DNA of 64,000 bases from Octopus sinensis (GCF_006345805.1 NC_043004.1:32736001-32800000); one strand, 5' to 3'; shown: positions 11,411 through 25,139, numbered from the stretch's first letter. Program-made: numbers and translations. Notes: a model not told the origin generated them from the sequence alone.

Positions 11411-12122
11411 ACGATTGAAGGGTTAAATCGTACACATTAAAGCAGCTGTTGTGAAAGTATTTTAATGTTAAGCGAAAGAAAGATCTATGCGATTACAAAA
11501 AAAAAATAAAATAAAATAATAAAAAAAAAGCAGAAAAACATGGTTTGATTCGTAAAGAAATTTCGCTTTAATTACTGATATCCTATGCGGCTTAAATTCC
11601 ATGCAACACAACTACAAAAGCGATGAGTAGCGAACGGTTCCCTGATCAATATTTTTCTCAATGTAAATCATTATACAATATGGTTGGAAGTCAGTGCCCA
11701 CCAACCATTTATTTTCTGCTCCTTCTGCCAGTAAATCTCCCAGAGCCCGAATGTCTAGACCAACAGGCTCTGAATTAAATCACCGGATGTGACACCAACA
11801 GCATTGTTCTGAATTTGATTTTTCGTCTTTCATTCAGCCATGTGTAGCAGTTTAATTTTATGAAATCTAGATGCATCATATTTGAATGGATTTTCTGCCA
11901 AAATTCCTGCTTGTGTCAGTAATGTTTGATACTATATAGATTTAGTTTGTGTTTTATTGTTGATGTATTAAATTCTTTGGCGCTTAAGGATGTTAACCCT
12001 TTCCGTGTTCGGAATAAGAAAGAGCTGTAAATGAACAGCATGGAAATTAGAATAAATTTTCTGTGATTTACCATTCTTCACGTAAGTATTTTGCGCTAGT
12101 ACTAATGTAGAATATGGTTACA

Positions 12123-12151
12123 CTAGCAGGGGCACTCGGCGTTGCCCGGGC
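12123..12151 (-). mobile_element. Helitron 3' terminus (hairpin + CTAG), related to the 390-bp family
   Basis: CTAGCAGGGGCACTCGGCGTTGCCCGGG resembles the CTAGCAGTATCGCCCGGCGTTGCTCGGG terminus at 37096. Confidence 0.5.
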
Positions 12152-13113
12152 ATGAAATTGTTCCTTATATATTAGAAGAAAAAAAAGCAAAATATGTAGT
12201 ATAGAAATTTATTATAAATTCAATTGATTTTTCAATTGGGATGCATAATGTAATCAGTTCTGAATTTCTTATATACAATAATACAAGATAATAATAATAA
12301 TGATGATGATGATAAACAAAAGTACAAAATTTACCACTTTTATGAAGGGAGATAAATTCTATCACATATTGAAGAGGCAATTCTTTTGTCAAACGTATTC
12401 AGCCTGTCTTGAGCGAGACGCTTACGTCTTTCCTCTGAAGATTGGCGAAGTCTTGCAGCAACTGTTTGCTCTTGGTTTTTTCTTTGTCTCTCGCTGACCT
12501 ATTGTCTCATTGGCAACTCTTGCAGTTTGTCTTTGTCTTGCATCCTTTAAATGTTTTTCCCTTCCCTTTTTTGACTCTTGGCTTCAGCGGATTGCATTTT
12601 GTTGACGTAATTGTTCTAACCGTTTCCCCCTTGCCTCTTCGCTGGTTCGTTTTCATGTCGTTGTGCAGGGGTCTCTAGTAATCTTACGCTGGCTACCTGT
12701 ACTCGTCTTTGCTCCACTGTAGAATACTGATCATCTACATCTAACCCCTTCTCCTCTTGTAGAGAGTAAAAACATTTTTCTCGGAAACTTTTTCAAAATT
12801 AAAATGGGTATTAAATGAAAAAATGAGTGAAAGTTACGTGAATATCTTCACAAGATTGAAATAAATGGCGATTGTGAAACGCACACACAGACACATATAC
12901 ATCACGATTCGCAAACTTATCAATGGCAAACCCCCTCAGCTCTAGGTCTGTTTCAAACCTGTTTGTCGCCTAATTAATACTTATGACTACATAAGCATAA
13001 ATATTAACTAAACGACAGACTTGAAGCAAACTTGAAGGAGAGAGGATATGTCAAAGAGCACCAGGTTTTATGGAGTTTTCTCACCGTTGTTCGTTATATA
13101 TTTGGTCGATATA

Positions 13114-13766
13114 CACAGCGGTGTGCAAAAGTAGGTATATAGTTATGAAAAAAGAAAGCATGAAAAACTCTTTGCATTTATTATACAAACAAATCAATAT
13201 TACAACATATATGTAATAACAAGAACAACGTCAATCTCTCAGATATTCAAACTACTTGCCCAATGATCTGCGTTCAGTACCAAATTCAGATCACCCACCT
13301 CTGTTTCGATTTCTGCATGTTCTAAGTGAATGCCCGAGCTGTTTCCAATGCATTCTTTTGCGTTGTCACAGTAATTTGTCGACCACTCTTTGGATGCTCC
13401 CTGTCCGCTCAAATTTCTCACGTAGTCGATAAATCGTGAGCGTCGTTGGTGAAGGCGTTGCAAAGGTTTCCCTCCGCTGCTCAATCACACGTTCACTATT
13501 CTCTGTCTTCCAGTATTGTTTTAAAATCCATTTGCGCTCCTCGTCCGTCAAATCACCAGCCATGGTTAAATCATCACTTTTTATGCAAAACATCTATTTT
13601 TTATCAAAATTTAAAATTATTATCAGAGTTATGATGATTGTATTAATATGATTAATGACACTGAGAATATCAAAAATTAGGTTAACTAATTTAATGTGCT
13701 GATAATTTTAGTGAATTAAGTATTATAACATTGATGTGATACTTACTGTGTACCTACTTTTGTACC

Positions 13767-13768
<2 letters not shown>
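13114..13768 (-). mobile_element. Internally deleted Tc1/mariner-superfamily DNA transposon
   Basis: Imperfect TIRs GTGTGCAAAAGTAGGTATATAGT / ACTGTGTACCTACTTTTGTACCCC with TA flanks. Minus-strand peptide MAGDLTDEERKWILKQYW...PTTLTIYRLREKFERTGSI resembles the N-terminal HTH (DUF4817-like) of mariner-like transposases and is fused to a C-terminal CI...G.HLEH-like remnant. Confidence 0.8.

Positions 13769-13825
<57 letters not shown>
13769..13825. repeat. (TA)n microsatellite at the transposon end
   Basis: Directly visible. Confidence 0.95.
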
Positions 13826-13828
<3 letters not shown>

Positions 13829-13844
13829 AAGTACTTGGTGACCC

Positions 13845-14245
13845 TGTCAGTGCAGGTGCCACTTAAAGCACTTAAAGCACCCAGTCCATACTGTAAAGTG
13901 GTTGGTGTTCGGAAGGGCATCCAGCTGTAAAAATCTTGCCAAAACTGACCTCGCCTGTGCTTGTGCTTGTGCCATGTAAAAAGCACGAAGTCCACTCTGC
14001 TGAGTGGTTGGTGTTAGGAAGGGCATCCAGCTGTAAAAATCTTGCCAAAACTGACCTCGCCTGTGCTTGTGCCATGTAAAAAGCACTAAGTCCACTCTGC
14101 TGAGTAGTTGGTGTTAGGAAGGGCATCCAGCTGTAAAAATCCTGCCAAAACAGTCACAGAAGTCTGGTGCCGGCTTCTGCCTGGCCGGCTCTTGTGAAAC
14201 CGTCTCACTCATGGAAGGCGGACGTTAAACGATGATAATAATGAT
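13845..14245 (+). mobile_element. Family E retro-element (RTE-like 3' end with ATG-repeat tail) with triplicated ~100-bp internal unit
   Basis: GGAAGGGCATCCAGCTGTAAAAAT at 13911, 14017 and 14117; ends CATGGAAGGCGGACGTTAAACGATGAT; related ends near 53140, 54500, 55620, 58740 and 63180. Confidence 0.7.
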
Positions 14246-14937
14246 ATGATGAGAATTATATCAAGCTCTTCGTTGAATCAACGCCGATTAGGATGAAAAG
14301 CAGCGTCGGTAGCGTTTGAACTTTGAACGTCCAGGGGACGAAGCTAAATACTATATAGCATGGAAAGGAGAGGAATAAAAGGACGTGGCTGTCGGGTTCG
14401 TTGCTGATTTCGGCTGAGTATGGCACGGTTGGCAAATAGGGAACTGAAATTGGGTTGGGATTGTCTTTCGGAACTGAAATGTAAAGTTTAAAACGTAGGA
14501 GCTTGAAAGTATAGCAGAAGGACGACCAATAGAATCAAATAGAAGGGGATAAGGTTCAATGCCTTAAATGCCGAGGCAGAATACAGGTATTCCCGCGTTA
14601 CAGATGCCTCGCTTTCATAAAAACATTGCAGAGTTACGGAGTACCGCGTTACGGGACACTGCAGAGTCCTGTAACGCGGTACTCCATGACAAGAAACACG
14701 TACCATTGGCTTTAACATAACGTGGGGCATGCCGGGGATGCTTTGCGATACAGAATTTCACCTTACGGTCAGGTTTTGAGGAATTCGTTTCCGTTACGTG
14801 GGGATATATGTAGTGTAAATATTTATTGTTTTTTTGCACTTTATGTCTGCAGTTTTGAGAATGTTCCCTTCTGACATGTTATCTTGCTGAATCCAGCAGT
14901 TATAACAATGACAACGTAAAAGATATTTATTAACCAT

Positions 14938-15315
14938 AGGCGTAGGAGTGGCTGTGTAGTAAGTAGCTTGCTTACCAACCACATGGTTCCGGGTTCAGTC
15001 CCACTGCGTGGCACCTTGGACAAGTGTTCCACTGAAGCCTGTTGCCAACCAAAGCCTTGTGAGTGGATTTGGTAGACGGAAACTGAAAGAAGCCCATCAT
15101 ATATATGTATGTATATGTACATGTGTGAATATGTTTGTGTGTCTGTGTTTGTTCCCCCAAAATCGCTTGACAACCGATGCTGTTGTGTTTACGTCCCCGT
15201 AACTTAGCAGTTCGGCAAAAAGAGACCGATAGAATAAATCCTGGGGTCGATTTGCTCGACTAAAGGCGGTGCTCCAGCATGGCCACAGTCAAATGACTGA
15301 AACCAGTAAAAGAGT
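14938..15315 (+). mobile_element. SINE family B, full length
   Basis: Head GGCGTAGGAGTGGCTGTGTAG to tail GACTGAAACCAGTAAAAGAG; TAACCAT on both flanks is a possible 7-bp TSD. Confidence 0.9.
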
Positions 15316-16375
15316 AACCATTCGAAAATACGCCCAAACTGTTAACTTCATTCCCGTTTTCGCTGCTTTTGCGGATTCCCATCACTCTCTGTCGCCATTC
15401 AATTCCATTATTGTGAATTGGGAGTTTGAATCGAGTGAACCCTTCATTAGCTGATTACACAACCTTGGACGCTACCCCTACGGAAGCGTTGCAGTTACCC
15501 CCTTGATAGAGCTTGGTGATCCCGACCCTCGATTTTCTAGGATTCCTCCGCTCAGCTTCAATGTAAGGAACACCGTTGGCCCAGTTGAGCTCCTCCGCTA
15601 CCTCTTCACAACCCGCCATGCTGCAGTCCCGTAACTTCGCCGTTTCCCTAGCAGGGTGGCTGAACGGGTGCTGTGCCTCGCCAAAGGGCAGCTAGTAACT
15701 ATGCAGGGTACGGTCGTTACTCCGTGACATATTTTCAACTACCGGTATACCCATAACTTCACTTATTATTTAGTGTCAAATTCTCGTCGTACCGACTGCG
15801 ACCTGCGCGGCTTGGTAAGTACTTCTTCGTAACATGTATAGAGTTTCTGGGAATTTATTGACCTCAATATACAGTTGTAAATATTCAAAGCACCACTAGG
15901 TCAGTTTCAACTTTCTCTGTAGTTCTGAGAAAATGCAGACGTTGCTGGAATGTTTCAGTTTAGTAACAGAGAAAGAAATAAAAAGAGTAATCAACGTTGC
16001 AAAATGGTTCTGTAAAAATTAGTTTATGAATTTATGTCTACATCCTGTTGTTAATGTTTTCACCAAACCAGAAAAGGAAAGCCAGGGTATTTAGAATCTC
16101 AAAGTTGAATAATATTGGGGCTGTCAGAGAGATTGTTTTAGTTTTATTTCTACTTGGCATTCCATTGTCAAATGTCTGAAAAAGAGGTAAAATTTATTCA
16201 AATTCCAAAAGCGATAAACAAAAGTTTGTTTACAGACTAAGAATAGAACACTAAAAAAAAAAAAAACAAAACAAACTAAAAACCATGAAAAAACTTAGAT
16301 AAAAATATTTTCCGTGTTAATTCAAACAACATTGGAAAGGATTAAAATAAATGGAATAAAAAGAAAAAAAAATGG

Positions 16376-16627
16376 CACTTCGTCCGTTACTCTTTTACTT
16401 GTTTCAGTCATTTGACTGCGGCCATGCTGGAGCACCGCCTTAAGTCGAGCAAATCGACCCACAGGACTTATTCTTTGTAAGCCTAGTACTTATTCTATCG
16501 TTCTCTTTTTGCCGAACCGCTAAGTTACGGGGACGTAAACACACCAGCATCGGTTGTCAAGCGATGGTGGGGCGACAAACACAGATACACAAACATATAC
16601 ACTCACATACATACATACATACATACA

Positions 16628-16661
<34 letters not shown>

Positions 16662-17379
16662 CGACGGGCTTCTTTCAGTTTCCGTCCACCAAATCCACTC
16701 ATAAGGCTTTGGTCGACTCGAGGCTACAGCAGAAGACACTTACTCAAGGTGCCAGGCAGTGGGACTGAACTCGGAACCATGTGGTTGGTAAGCAAGCAAC
16801 TTACCACACAGCCACGCCAGCGCCTACCGTTACGACGATCTATGTTATAGTTGATCGGATCAACAGAACAGTCTGCTCATGGAATTAACGTGCAAGTGGT
16901 TGAGTATTCCACAGACGCGTGTACCCTTAACGTAGTTCTCAGGGAGATTCAGCGTGACACAGAATGTGGCAAGGCTGGCCCCTTTGAATTACAGGTATTA
17001 CTCAAGGTGGTGAGCTGGCAGAGTCATTAGCACGCCAGACGAAATGCTTTGCGGTATTTCGTCTGCCGTTACGTTGTGAGTTCAAATTCCGCCGAGGTCG
17101 ACTTTACCTTTCATCCTTTCGAGGTCGATAAATTAAGTACCAGTTACGCACTGGGGTCGATGTAATCGACTTAATACCTATGTCTGTCCTTGTTTGTCCC
17201 CTCTATGCTTAGTCCCTTGTGGGTAGTAAAGAAATAGGTATTACTCATTTTTGCCAGTTGAGTGGACTGGCGTAATTTAAAATAAAGTGTCTTGTTCAAG
17301 GATACAACGCGTCGCCGGGAATCGAACTCACGACCGTACGATCGTGAGCCAAATACCTCGACCACTAAGCATTGCGCCT
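16376..17379 (-). mobile_element. Family C SINE (H2+T1) carrying two nested SINEs
   Basis: Tail split by family B at 16391-16825 (CCGTTAC on both sides); body split by family A at 17005-17235 (AGGTATTACTCA at 16993-17004 and 17236-17247). Confidence 0.88.
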
Positions 17380-17947
17380 TCACAAAATGAAAAAAAAAAA
17401 AAAACGCATTTATCTGACAACCCAATAGTTTAAGCAAAAAAATACATTTCCATTGTAAAACTCAAAATATGTTGAAAAAAAAAATAATGGAGATGTAATT
17501 TTAAGCACTGATAGTTGAAGACAAGAAAAACAGGAATATATAATGCGTTTAAAAAGAAATATTATTTATATATTTATACATTCATTTATTTAGCCTTTAA
17601 ATTTTAAATTTTCCTGTCGCCCTGTTCTGGAGAATTTACTACTTTCTTACGACCACTCAAAGAAACATTGAATTTCTTAATTTAATTCTGCGATGTATAA
17701 TATTCAGGGCGATTTGTATTCTTTACACCTCTCCCCAGAAGTTATTTACAATAAAAAGAAAATTGGACTTCTTTCTAAATTTATTTAAAATCATATGGAA
17801 TTGGTATATTTCTCATGTTTCTGTTTATTCTTTTTCTTTCTTCACTCTCTTCTCCCTCTTGGTTGTTTTGTTGACAATAGTTTCAGAACAAATGTTTGTA
17901 AACAAAACTTGTGTTGTTTCAATCTTAAATTATATTATTTTAGACAG

Positions 17948-17982
17948 GAAAACAAAACAAAACAAAACAAAACAAAACAAAA
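17948..17982. repeat. (AAAAC)n
   Basis: Directly visible. Confidence 0.9.
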
Positions 17983-19118
17983 CCCCATTTGTTTCAATCG
18001 CAGAAGCTGAAATTACAATTTCACTTTCAACTGTTATAGTTTCCTATTTAAAAAAAAAATATATATATTTAATGTCTAATAGTATCATCGTTAGCCTAAA
18101 TTCTGTCTAAAACTTGTACGAAGTCTGATAAAAAAAAAAAAAAAACAACCAAAAGGATCAGGATGGTTGTTATGGTAACGGAGCCAAAGTACGCAGAGTG
18201 AAGTCACTTGGCGTAGATTGAGTTTGAACTCTATTGCACATGCATATGGACTTATAGTGTTCTCACTCATTTCTGTTTATATATGTATAAATAAGAAACA
18301 AAGTATAATGAGTATTTTAAAGCTGTATATTACATACGCGCGTTTCTACAAGCCGAATTGCCTGTTGCGTGATCCAATTGGGATTTTTCTTCGGTATTAT
18401 TTGGCCACCCCGATATTATGTTAGAATACACTTGTCCCAGGTGCTGCATAATGGCATCGAACACTAACATGTAGTTGTGAAAAATCGTAACCACCTCTTA
18501 GGCAGGTCTGCCTTAAAGTAAGTCCATCTAGGAAGGACTTTTCCATCTGGTCTATATGTAAACCACACATTTTTGTTTTAATATTATTCTTTATTTTCTC
18601 TTGGAGCAAATGGTAAATCGTATCAGAATTCGTTGGTGATAACAAATTGGAACTAGTTTAGTGCGATGCTATTGAGTTTTTGGTAGAGATGTGGTGTATT
18701 GGCATTTACTTCTCCGGTTTGTCTTGCTTCTTGCTCTGTCTTCTCAGTTTCTTGAAGGAATCGTGGGTCGTTGTGATATATGGCATGTCAAATCCTCTCT
18801 ATGTCTGATCATAGCTGATTTCTTTCAGAAGACAGGCGGAAAGACAGACAGACAGAGAGAAAGAGAGAATATTTATTGATTCCAGTACAAAACTGGTACT
18901 TCATTTATCGATCCCGAAATGAAGAAAGGCAAAGATAGCTGCAGTGGGATTTGAACTCTATGGTAACCATTCTGACTCTCTACACTCTAAGCAACTAATC
19001 CAAAGCTGAAACGACTGTTAATCGGCCGCCTTATGGACTTATCGTCAGCTGGTTAGGATAAAGACGCACGGGCAGTGTCTGGCTAGCGCCTCTATTATCT
19101 GTTATTTGCAATGTAATG

Positions 19119-19154
<36 letters not shown>

Positions 19155-19839
19155 ACATATATACATATATATATATAATATCTGTCACTCTGTATTTGAT
19201 GTTGAAACTCGTAAGAGAATAAATAACAAAGATCTTTGCAAAGATACGTCAACAGCAGTAACTAGCGAACTCACATCAATAAAAAGTAACCGGTTGTCTT
19301 GTGAATTATCACAGTCTTTACAGAAATATTAAACAAATCAAGTGAAGGGGAGATAAACAAAAATCACACAAAAAAGAACAAACAAAAACAGAGACAAACG
19401 ATCTCTGATTCTGTTATGTTTTTAGCGTCTGGTTCGTCCTTGAACTTGTAAATGCTATGTTTGAAGATATTTGTACTAAAAGGACAGCGTTATTGAATAT
19501 TGTTTGCTCAAGTGCTTTGTTAACAAGAAAACAAAGGAAAGGAAAATGTGTCAGTTTGTGTGTGTGAGAGAGAAAAGAGAGAGAAGGAAGGTTCAACGAT
19601 ATGGTGGCGATGATGGGGTTATTTGTTCATATGTAGAACAATGAAACTGCCTTTCTTTTTCTTTTTACATTAAAAAAGCAAAACAGGTTTTCCTTTGCGC
19701 ATGAAAATGTATGAAGTGATTAGTTTGTTATCACCGACATTTTGCAGAACAGTAGCACAGTTCTATATACACTCACCTACACACATACATATATACACAT
19801 AAATACATGCACACCTATATATACCTGTGCGTTTGGGGG

Positions 19840-20010
19840 TAAGACTTCCAACTGAATTCGGCAGTGGGGGACTTGGTACGGGAGTTCCAGGGTTTTTGAG
19901 GCCTGTGGAACCATCTCTTAGCCACCCTTGTTCCCAGGTTCACTCTGGCACGGAGTAGTAACACCTGTTCGGGTCCTAGTCTGGGGTTAACTATCATGTG
20001 AACCACTGGC
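19840..20010 (-). repeat. Unclassified interspersed repeat
   Basis: Minus strand CAGGTGTTACTACTCCGTGCCAGAGTGAACCTGGGAAC; likely related to the 44280-44360 segment (CTGGAGCCTCACC..GATGCAGTTT). Confidence 0.45.
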
Positions 20011-20429
20011 AGTGAAGGACCTTCTTGGACTCTCAGAACATTTGCATGGACTTACTGAGTTTAGGAAGTGATCCTACTCAGTCACGATTTCCACCTTTTA
20101 CGCGCGCAACGTATTATAAAAAAGAACGAGCGAATGATATATCCTCAGAATTTGTTCTTTTCCCTCAATACACATTCTGTATACAGTATAAAATCCAAGG
20201 AAGCGAACTCGGAAATTATATATCGAGTAAAAAAAAATACCGTGCGATTGTTTATCTTAAACAACTTCTCAGTGATGCATATCATTCGATGTGGTTTGCC
20301 AGAACCTGGACTCTATCAGAGTACCTGTAAAGTACCAGACTTGGTTCAAAATCCTCATTCTTTTACGTTATATATATATGTGTGTGTGCATAAATGTCTC
20401 TCTCTCTCTTTCTCTCTCTATACCAACCA

Positions 20430-20550
20430 CGCCATCAGATGTTGCTACACATCGCTGGTCACAATGCGCTTCGCATTGTTTTAGCCTTCAATGACGCCAC
20501 CCCGCTGGCTAAGCGAGCAGGCCAACAGAAGAGTGAGAGAAAGTTGCGCC
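20430..20550 (-). mobile_element. SINE tail T2 joined to head-H1 body
   Basis: T2 continues into AACAGAAGAGTGAGAGAAAGTTG, which is H1 body sequence also seen at 6370-6400. Confidence 0.8.
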
Positions 20551-21544
20551 TCCACACACACACACACAACGCGCGCGCATGTGTGTGTGTATATATATAC
20601 ACTTAGGCGCGTGTACAAACACACACGCACACTCTCTCGCTTTCTCTCTCACACACACATGCACAAACGTAGAGACATAACTACACAGCAGAAGGATAAA
20701 CATGACAAGTAATTGGTTGAAGGAGGCAAAGAATCAGTAGATTTACATAGCCGTATATATATATATATAGATGAACGAATGTATGTGTTTGCAGAGCGGA
20801 AGGATATTTCAATAGAATGATGTATTTGATGTAACGTTCGAAATACTTTCTGGAAAATTTTGTATTTTCTCTCTCTTGAATCACTTCCTTGCTCTTCTTT
20901 CTTATCCGAGCTTAACGTTTCATCGAGAAACCATTAATAACGTTTTGTTTCCTCTCGGCCTGGATTAAACTGAATGAAGTTATCGACTTAAAAATAACAC
21001 TAAATATCAAATAATATCTGCGTAGCTGTTTTTTCTTTTCTTTTTCTGTTTCGTTTTGTTTGCTTATATCAGGACATTTATATTTACAATGTGATCTGGC
21101 GAAGGAGAGAACACTAGGCTACACATAAAAGATCAGTTTGGCATCAATAGAAATCTGTTAATACCAGAAACATGATTTAAGGACTGTCTATTGAAGTCTG
21201 AAAGTCATCGGTTATCTTTTTGAATGATGATATTCTTGCCGTTAAAACTCAAACTCATCTAAGAATATGGATTAATACATTGTGATGTGCTGGAGTATTT
21301 AAAACAGTTTCTTGGTCTCGGATATGGTTGAACTAAGATTTTAGCTTTGCATTTCAGCATCCAAAGATCTGCAAGAATCCGTCTTCTCATCCATTTTTCG
21401 AAGATAATTCCAGCATCAGTTTTCTACTCTCCCACAAAAACTTTCACATAGTTTCATATGTAGATCATATCAATCCTATCCATAATCCTATCATTCTCTC
21501 AGACACAACTGCGCAGCCATTCCAACTTTACGTTAATCACCAGC

Positions 21545-21810
21545 TGAAGGTGTGTGGCTTAGTAGTTAGAGATATTTGGCTCACGATCGTAAGGTTATGA
21601 GTTCGATTCCCGGCGGCCCGTTGGCCCTTGAACATGACATTTATTTCACGCTGCTCCAGACCATTCACCTGGCAAAAATGAGTAGTACCTATATTTCAAA
21701 GTGTCAGCTTTGTCACATTTCGTACCACGCTAAATCTCCTTGTGCAATTTGTACGTTAATTTCATGAGCAGGATGTTCCGCTGATTGGATCGCCGTCGTA
21801 AGCAACGGAG
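21545..21810 (+). mobile_element. Family C SINE (H2+T1), diverged
   Basis: GTGTGGCTTAGTAGTTAG, GAGTTCGATTCCCGG, GGCAAAAATGAGTAGTACC, then tail T1. Confidence 0.8.
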
Positions 21811-22592
21811 GCCCCAGTTATGTTAGTCACCGAGAAACTTTGCTCCGAATAGTAGCAGCATCAGTTTCCTCACTCGTCACCCCTCACCAACCACCCTGCT
21901 GCGATACACACCACCAATAAGAAACGCAGAAGGGCCGCAACTATCGAACTGTGACACAGTCCATCCTCTCTACCATTACTACCAGAATCTACTCGAATCT
22001 CTTTCGGCCGTTCTACCTGTTAGAAATCGAAGTCAATGTCTTTCAGAACTCACTCTAACATTACAGAAAGAAGAAAAAAAAAACGGAAAAAAAATTGAAT
22101 ATGTTTCTGGGTGTACCATGCGTGGGCAAAAAAGTTGGAGAGGTCACACTTGGAATACGTTTGATAATATAGTCTGTTGGATCATGGTTGACTTGTAGCT
22201 GAACAATTGCTAATTGTACTGAAGACGACGTTCACACGGTACTTTAAACGATTTATCATTGTATCGGGACCTTCAACCAGACAGAAGTAGCTTAATATAT
22301 CTTAGAACAAAACATCTGTGATTTGAATCTGATTGCTCGTCCATTGTGCCGTAGATCTGCTCATTAAGGACTAATATAAGGCTGCACAATAACTATTATG
22401 ATTTCAAACATTTCTTTTATAGATGAGGGTCGGGGGAGAAGATCTTTGTGTGTTCGGTCTATGATTTTGTTAAACATTTAATTGGCATTGGAGAAGTACT
22501 TTACATTGGGGCAACATAATTATTCTTGTGAAATCGACCGACTCAAATCTTGTTACTGCATAATCGCACTCACTATATGTATGTACCTTATA

Positions 22593-22935
22593 GGAGCGGT
22601 ATGGCTGAGACGGCGAAGAAGTTCCCTTTGCGACCACGAAGTTTCGGATTCAATCCCATTGCTTGGCATCTTGGATAAATGTTATTTTCTATAGCCTCGA
22701 GTCGACCTTAACCCTTAGTGGGCCGGTGGGGGTCGCTTGGGACCCCAGAAAATTTTAAAAGTTATGCAGCTTTTGCATTTTACATTTAAATGAATTTATA
22801 TTTATGACATTTATTGTCAATAGTTTGTATATGCACAAACAAATTTTGAGTTAAAAGTTTCCAGTCATATGGATGTTAGAGCATAAAATATGGTAATCAG
22901 GGTCCAACTGGACCTCATTGGCCTTCTGTGAAATA
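22593..22935 (+). mobile_element. Family B head interrupted by a piggyBac-like MITE remnant
   Basis: TTAA|CCCTTAGT at 22708-22719 with subterminal GGGGTC..GACCCC; related GGGTCC..GGACC near 22900; right end degenerate. Confidence 0.45.
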
Positions 22936-23309
22936 ATTTTTTTCTGTTCTTATCGGTCTCCTTTGGCGAACCGCTAAGTTATTATATATATGTGTATATA
23001 AATTAACACAATATTAATAATATCTTTTATGATTGTGCGGTGGTGGTGGGTGATAATAATTCACCGTTCTAAAAGATCTGTGTCGGGAATATTTAAACTT
23101 TTTGTGGCCAGCAGCGTTGTAATGCTGATTCTCCATGAGAATAATGTTAAGGGTACACGTCTGTGGAATACTCAGCCAGTTACACATAAATCCTGGAGCA
23201 GATAATTCAGTTCATCAAACAACTGAATCCTCATTGTTTAACGACGGAGATCCACCATTCACCATATATAGCTTATAGAATATTTTGTAATAACATTAGT
23301 TGCAGGTAT

Positions 23310-23525
23310 AAGGCAGTGAGCTGGCAGAATCGTTAGCGGGGCCGGGAAAAATGTTTTCGTCCGGCTTTACGCTCTGAGTTCAAATTCCGCCGAGGTCGAA
23401 TTTACCTTTCATTCTTTCGGGGGTCGATAAAATAAATACCATTTGTGCACTGGGGTCGATGTAATCGACTTAACCCCTACACCCCAGAATTGCTGACCTT
23501 GTGCCAAAATGTGAAACCAATATTA
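23310..23525 (+). mobile_element. SINE family A followed by a CT-rich tract
   Basis: Head, B box GAGTTCAAATTCC and central domain; polypyrimidine run 23545-23650. Confidence 0.85.
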
Positions 23526-24104
23526 GTTTCAAGGTTCAATTCCCTCTCTCCCCCTCTCTCTCCCCCTTTGTCCCCCATTTTGTCCAGCATCCAACCTTTC
23601 CTTTCTCTCCCTATCCTCCTCCTCCTCCTCCTCCCCTCCTCTCCCTCTCTCTGTTTAAGCTAATGGTCGATCATTCAACCTCGGATTAATGTCTTTCGGT
23701 TTTGTGGCTGAAATCTTAAATATATTGTTTTTAAAATTCTATTTTGCAATTAAGAATATAATTTGTAATTAACGTTTACAATTAATGAATATAAACAATA
23801 ACATATTAATTACTCTATAGAATACAAAATATTGATTTGTTTCAAAAGTAGAATGGTCGGTTGGTAATTTTTATATGCAATCTCATCAAGTGATTGATAA
23901 AATATCGAACTGTATCTCTCTTTAGATGTATGCTATCTTGTGTTGGTTTAATAAATCAATAACACAACCGCTGCATCGTTTATGACGTCGCTTTTTATTA
24001 TCATACTGCTGCTGCCGCCGCACCTCGGTGCAGCAAAGTCGAAACTGGTACCGGAAGTGAAGAAATTATTGGCCACTTCTTTGAATGGTTATACCATTCC
24101 AAAA

Positions 24105-24515
24105 GGCGGCGAGCTGGCAGAACCGTTAGCACGCCGGGTGAAATGCGTCGCCGTATTTCGTTTGCCGTTGCGTTCTGAGTTCAAATTCCGCCGAGGTCGA
24201 CTTTGCCTTTCATCCTTTCGGGGTCAATAAATTAAGTACCAGTTACGCACCGGGGTCAATGTAATCGACTTAATCCGTTTGTCTGTCCTTGTTTGTTCCC
24301 TCTGTGTTTAGCCCCTTGTGGGTAGTAAAGAAATAATCATTTCGTCTGCCGCTATGTTCTGAGTTCAAATTTCGCCGAGGTCGATTTTGCCTTTCATCCT
24401 TTCGGGGTCGATTAATTAAGTACCATTTACGCACTGGGGTCGATGTAATCGACTTCGTTTGTCTATCCTTGTTTGTCCCCTCTATGTTTAGCCCCTTGTG
24501 GGTAATAAAGAAGCC
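24105..24515 (+). mobile_element. SINE family A dimer (full copy + 180-bp 3' unit) with 15-bp TSD
   Basis: TATACCATTCCAAAA at 24090-24104 and 24516-24530; second unit restarts at ATTTCGTCTGCC. Confidence 0.9.
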
Positions 24516-25139
24516 TATACCATTCCAAAAGCATTAATGTAAATTACTGGCACCAACAGATTACAAGCCTGTGCACAGGGATTCTGAGAGAACTTTTGAA
24601 TTTTGCAATTTAGAACAAAATTGTTTGCTACCCGAGGTGTGTGTGTGTGTGTGTGTGTATGTGTGTCTGGTGGGGGAGACCCTCCGTTTTCAGATGGTTC
24701 AGTTGAGTTTTGGTTCCTCCTGTGCTTTCGAGTTCATTGGGCAACAAGTTGAGGCCACTGATTTCAGCTGGTTGTACTTTTCTCTGCACTGGCCATGTGA
24801 TATTGGCCTCTCTCATGTTCGGTTCGGAATGCTTTGCGTTACGTACTTCTCAGTCCCCCTCTGTTCCTTTTATTTCGCATCCATTTGAAAACGTCCTTAG
24901 AATGGCGTTGTTCTGCTAACTGGTGTATGTGATCTGTTAGTCTTAATCTTCGTTCTGTTATAATTTCATACGATGATCAAATATGCTGCTGCTTCTATAG
25001 GCTAGGGGCCCCGTTAGATATTCGCGTGACCCTTTCTTTGCTCTCTGGGCCTTGAACACAGTTAAATGTCCTTTCATGAAGGCTCCCATCATGCCTTACA
25101 AAACTTCTCCCTTCGTTCAAAAAGCTATTCTCTCTTCTC

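Noticed and set aside
15470-15730. GC/CpG-rich island with GGCGAA..GGGAC suggestive of an HDV-like ribozyme
   Set aside because: I could not build P3/L3/P1 in the required order on either strand; probably a retroelement UTR fragment, unresolved.
18447-18519. CCCAG...AAA|GTAAGT exon-like segment
   Set aside because: All three frames contain stops, and the region lacks gene-body CpG decay.
21180-21500. Coding-like minus-strand peptide (IFEKWMRRRILADLWML) and a similar stretch at 45500-45750
   Set aside because: Interrupted by stops and no motif I can name; possibly old LINE debris.
22110-22580. Possible Tc1-like MITE (TACCATGCGTGGGCAAAAAAGT left end)
   Set aside because: No matching right TIR could be identified.
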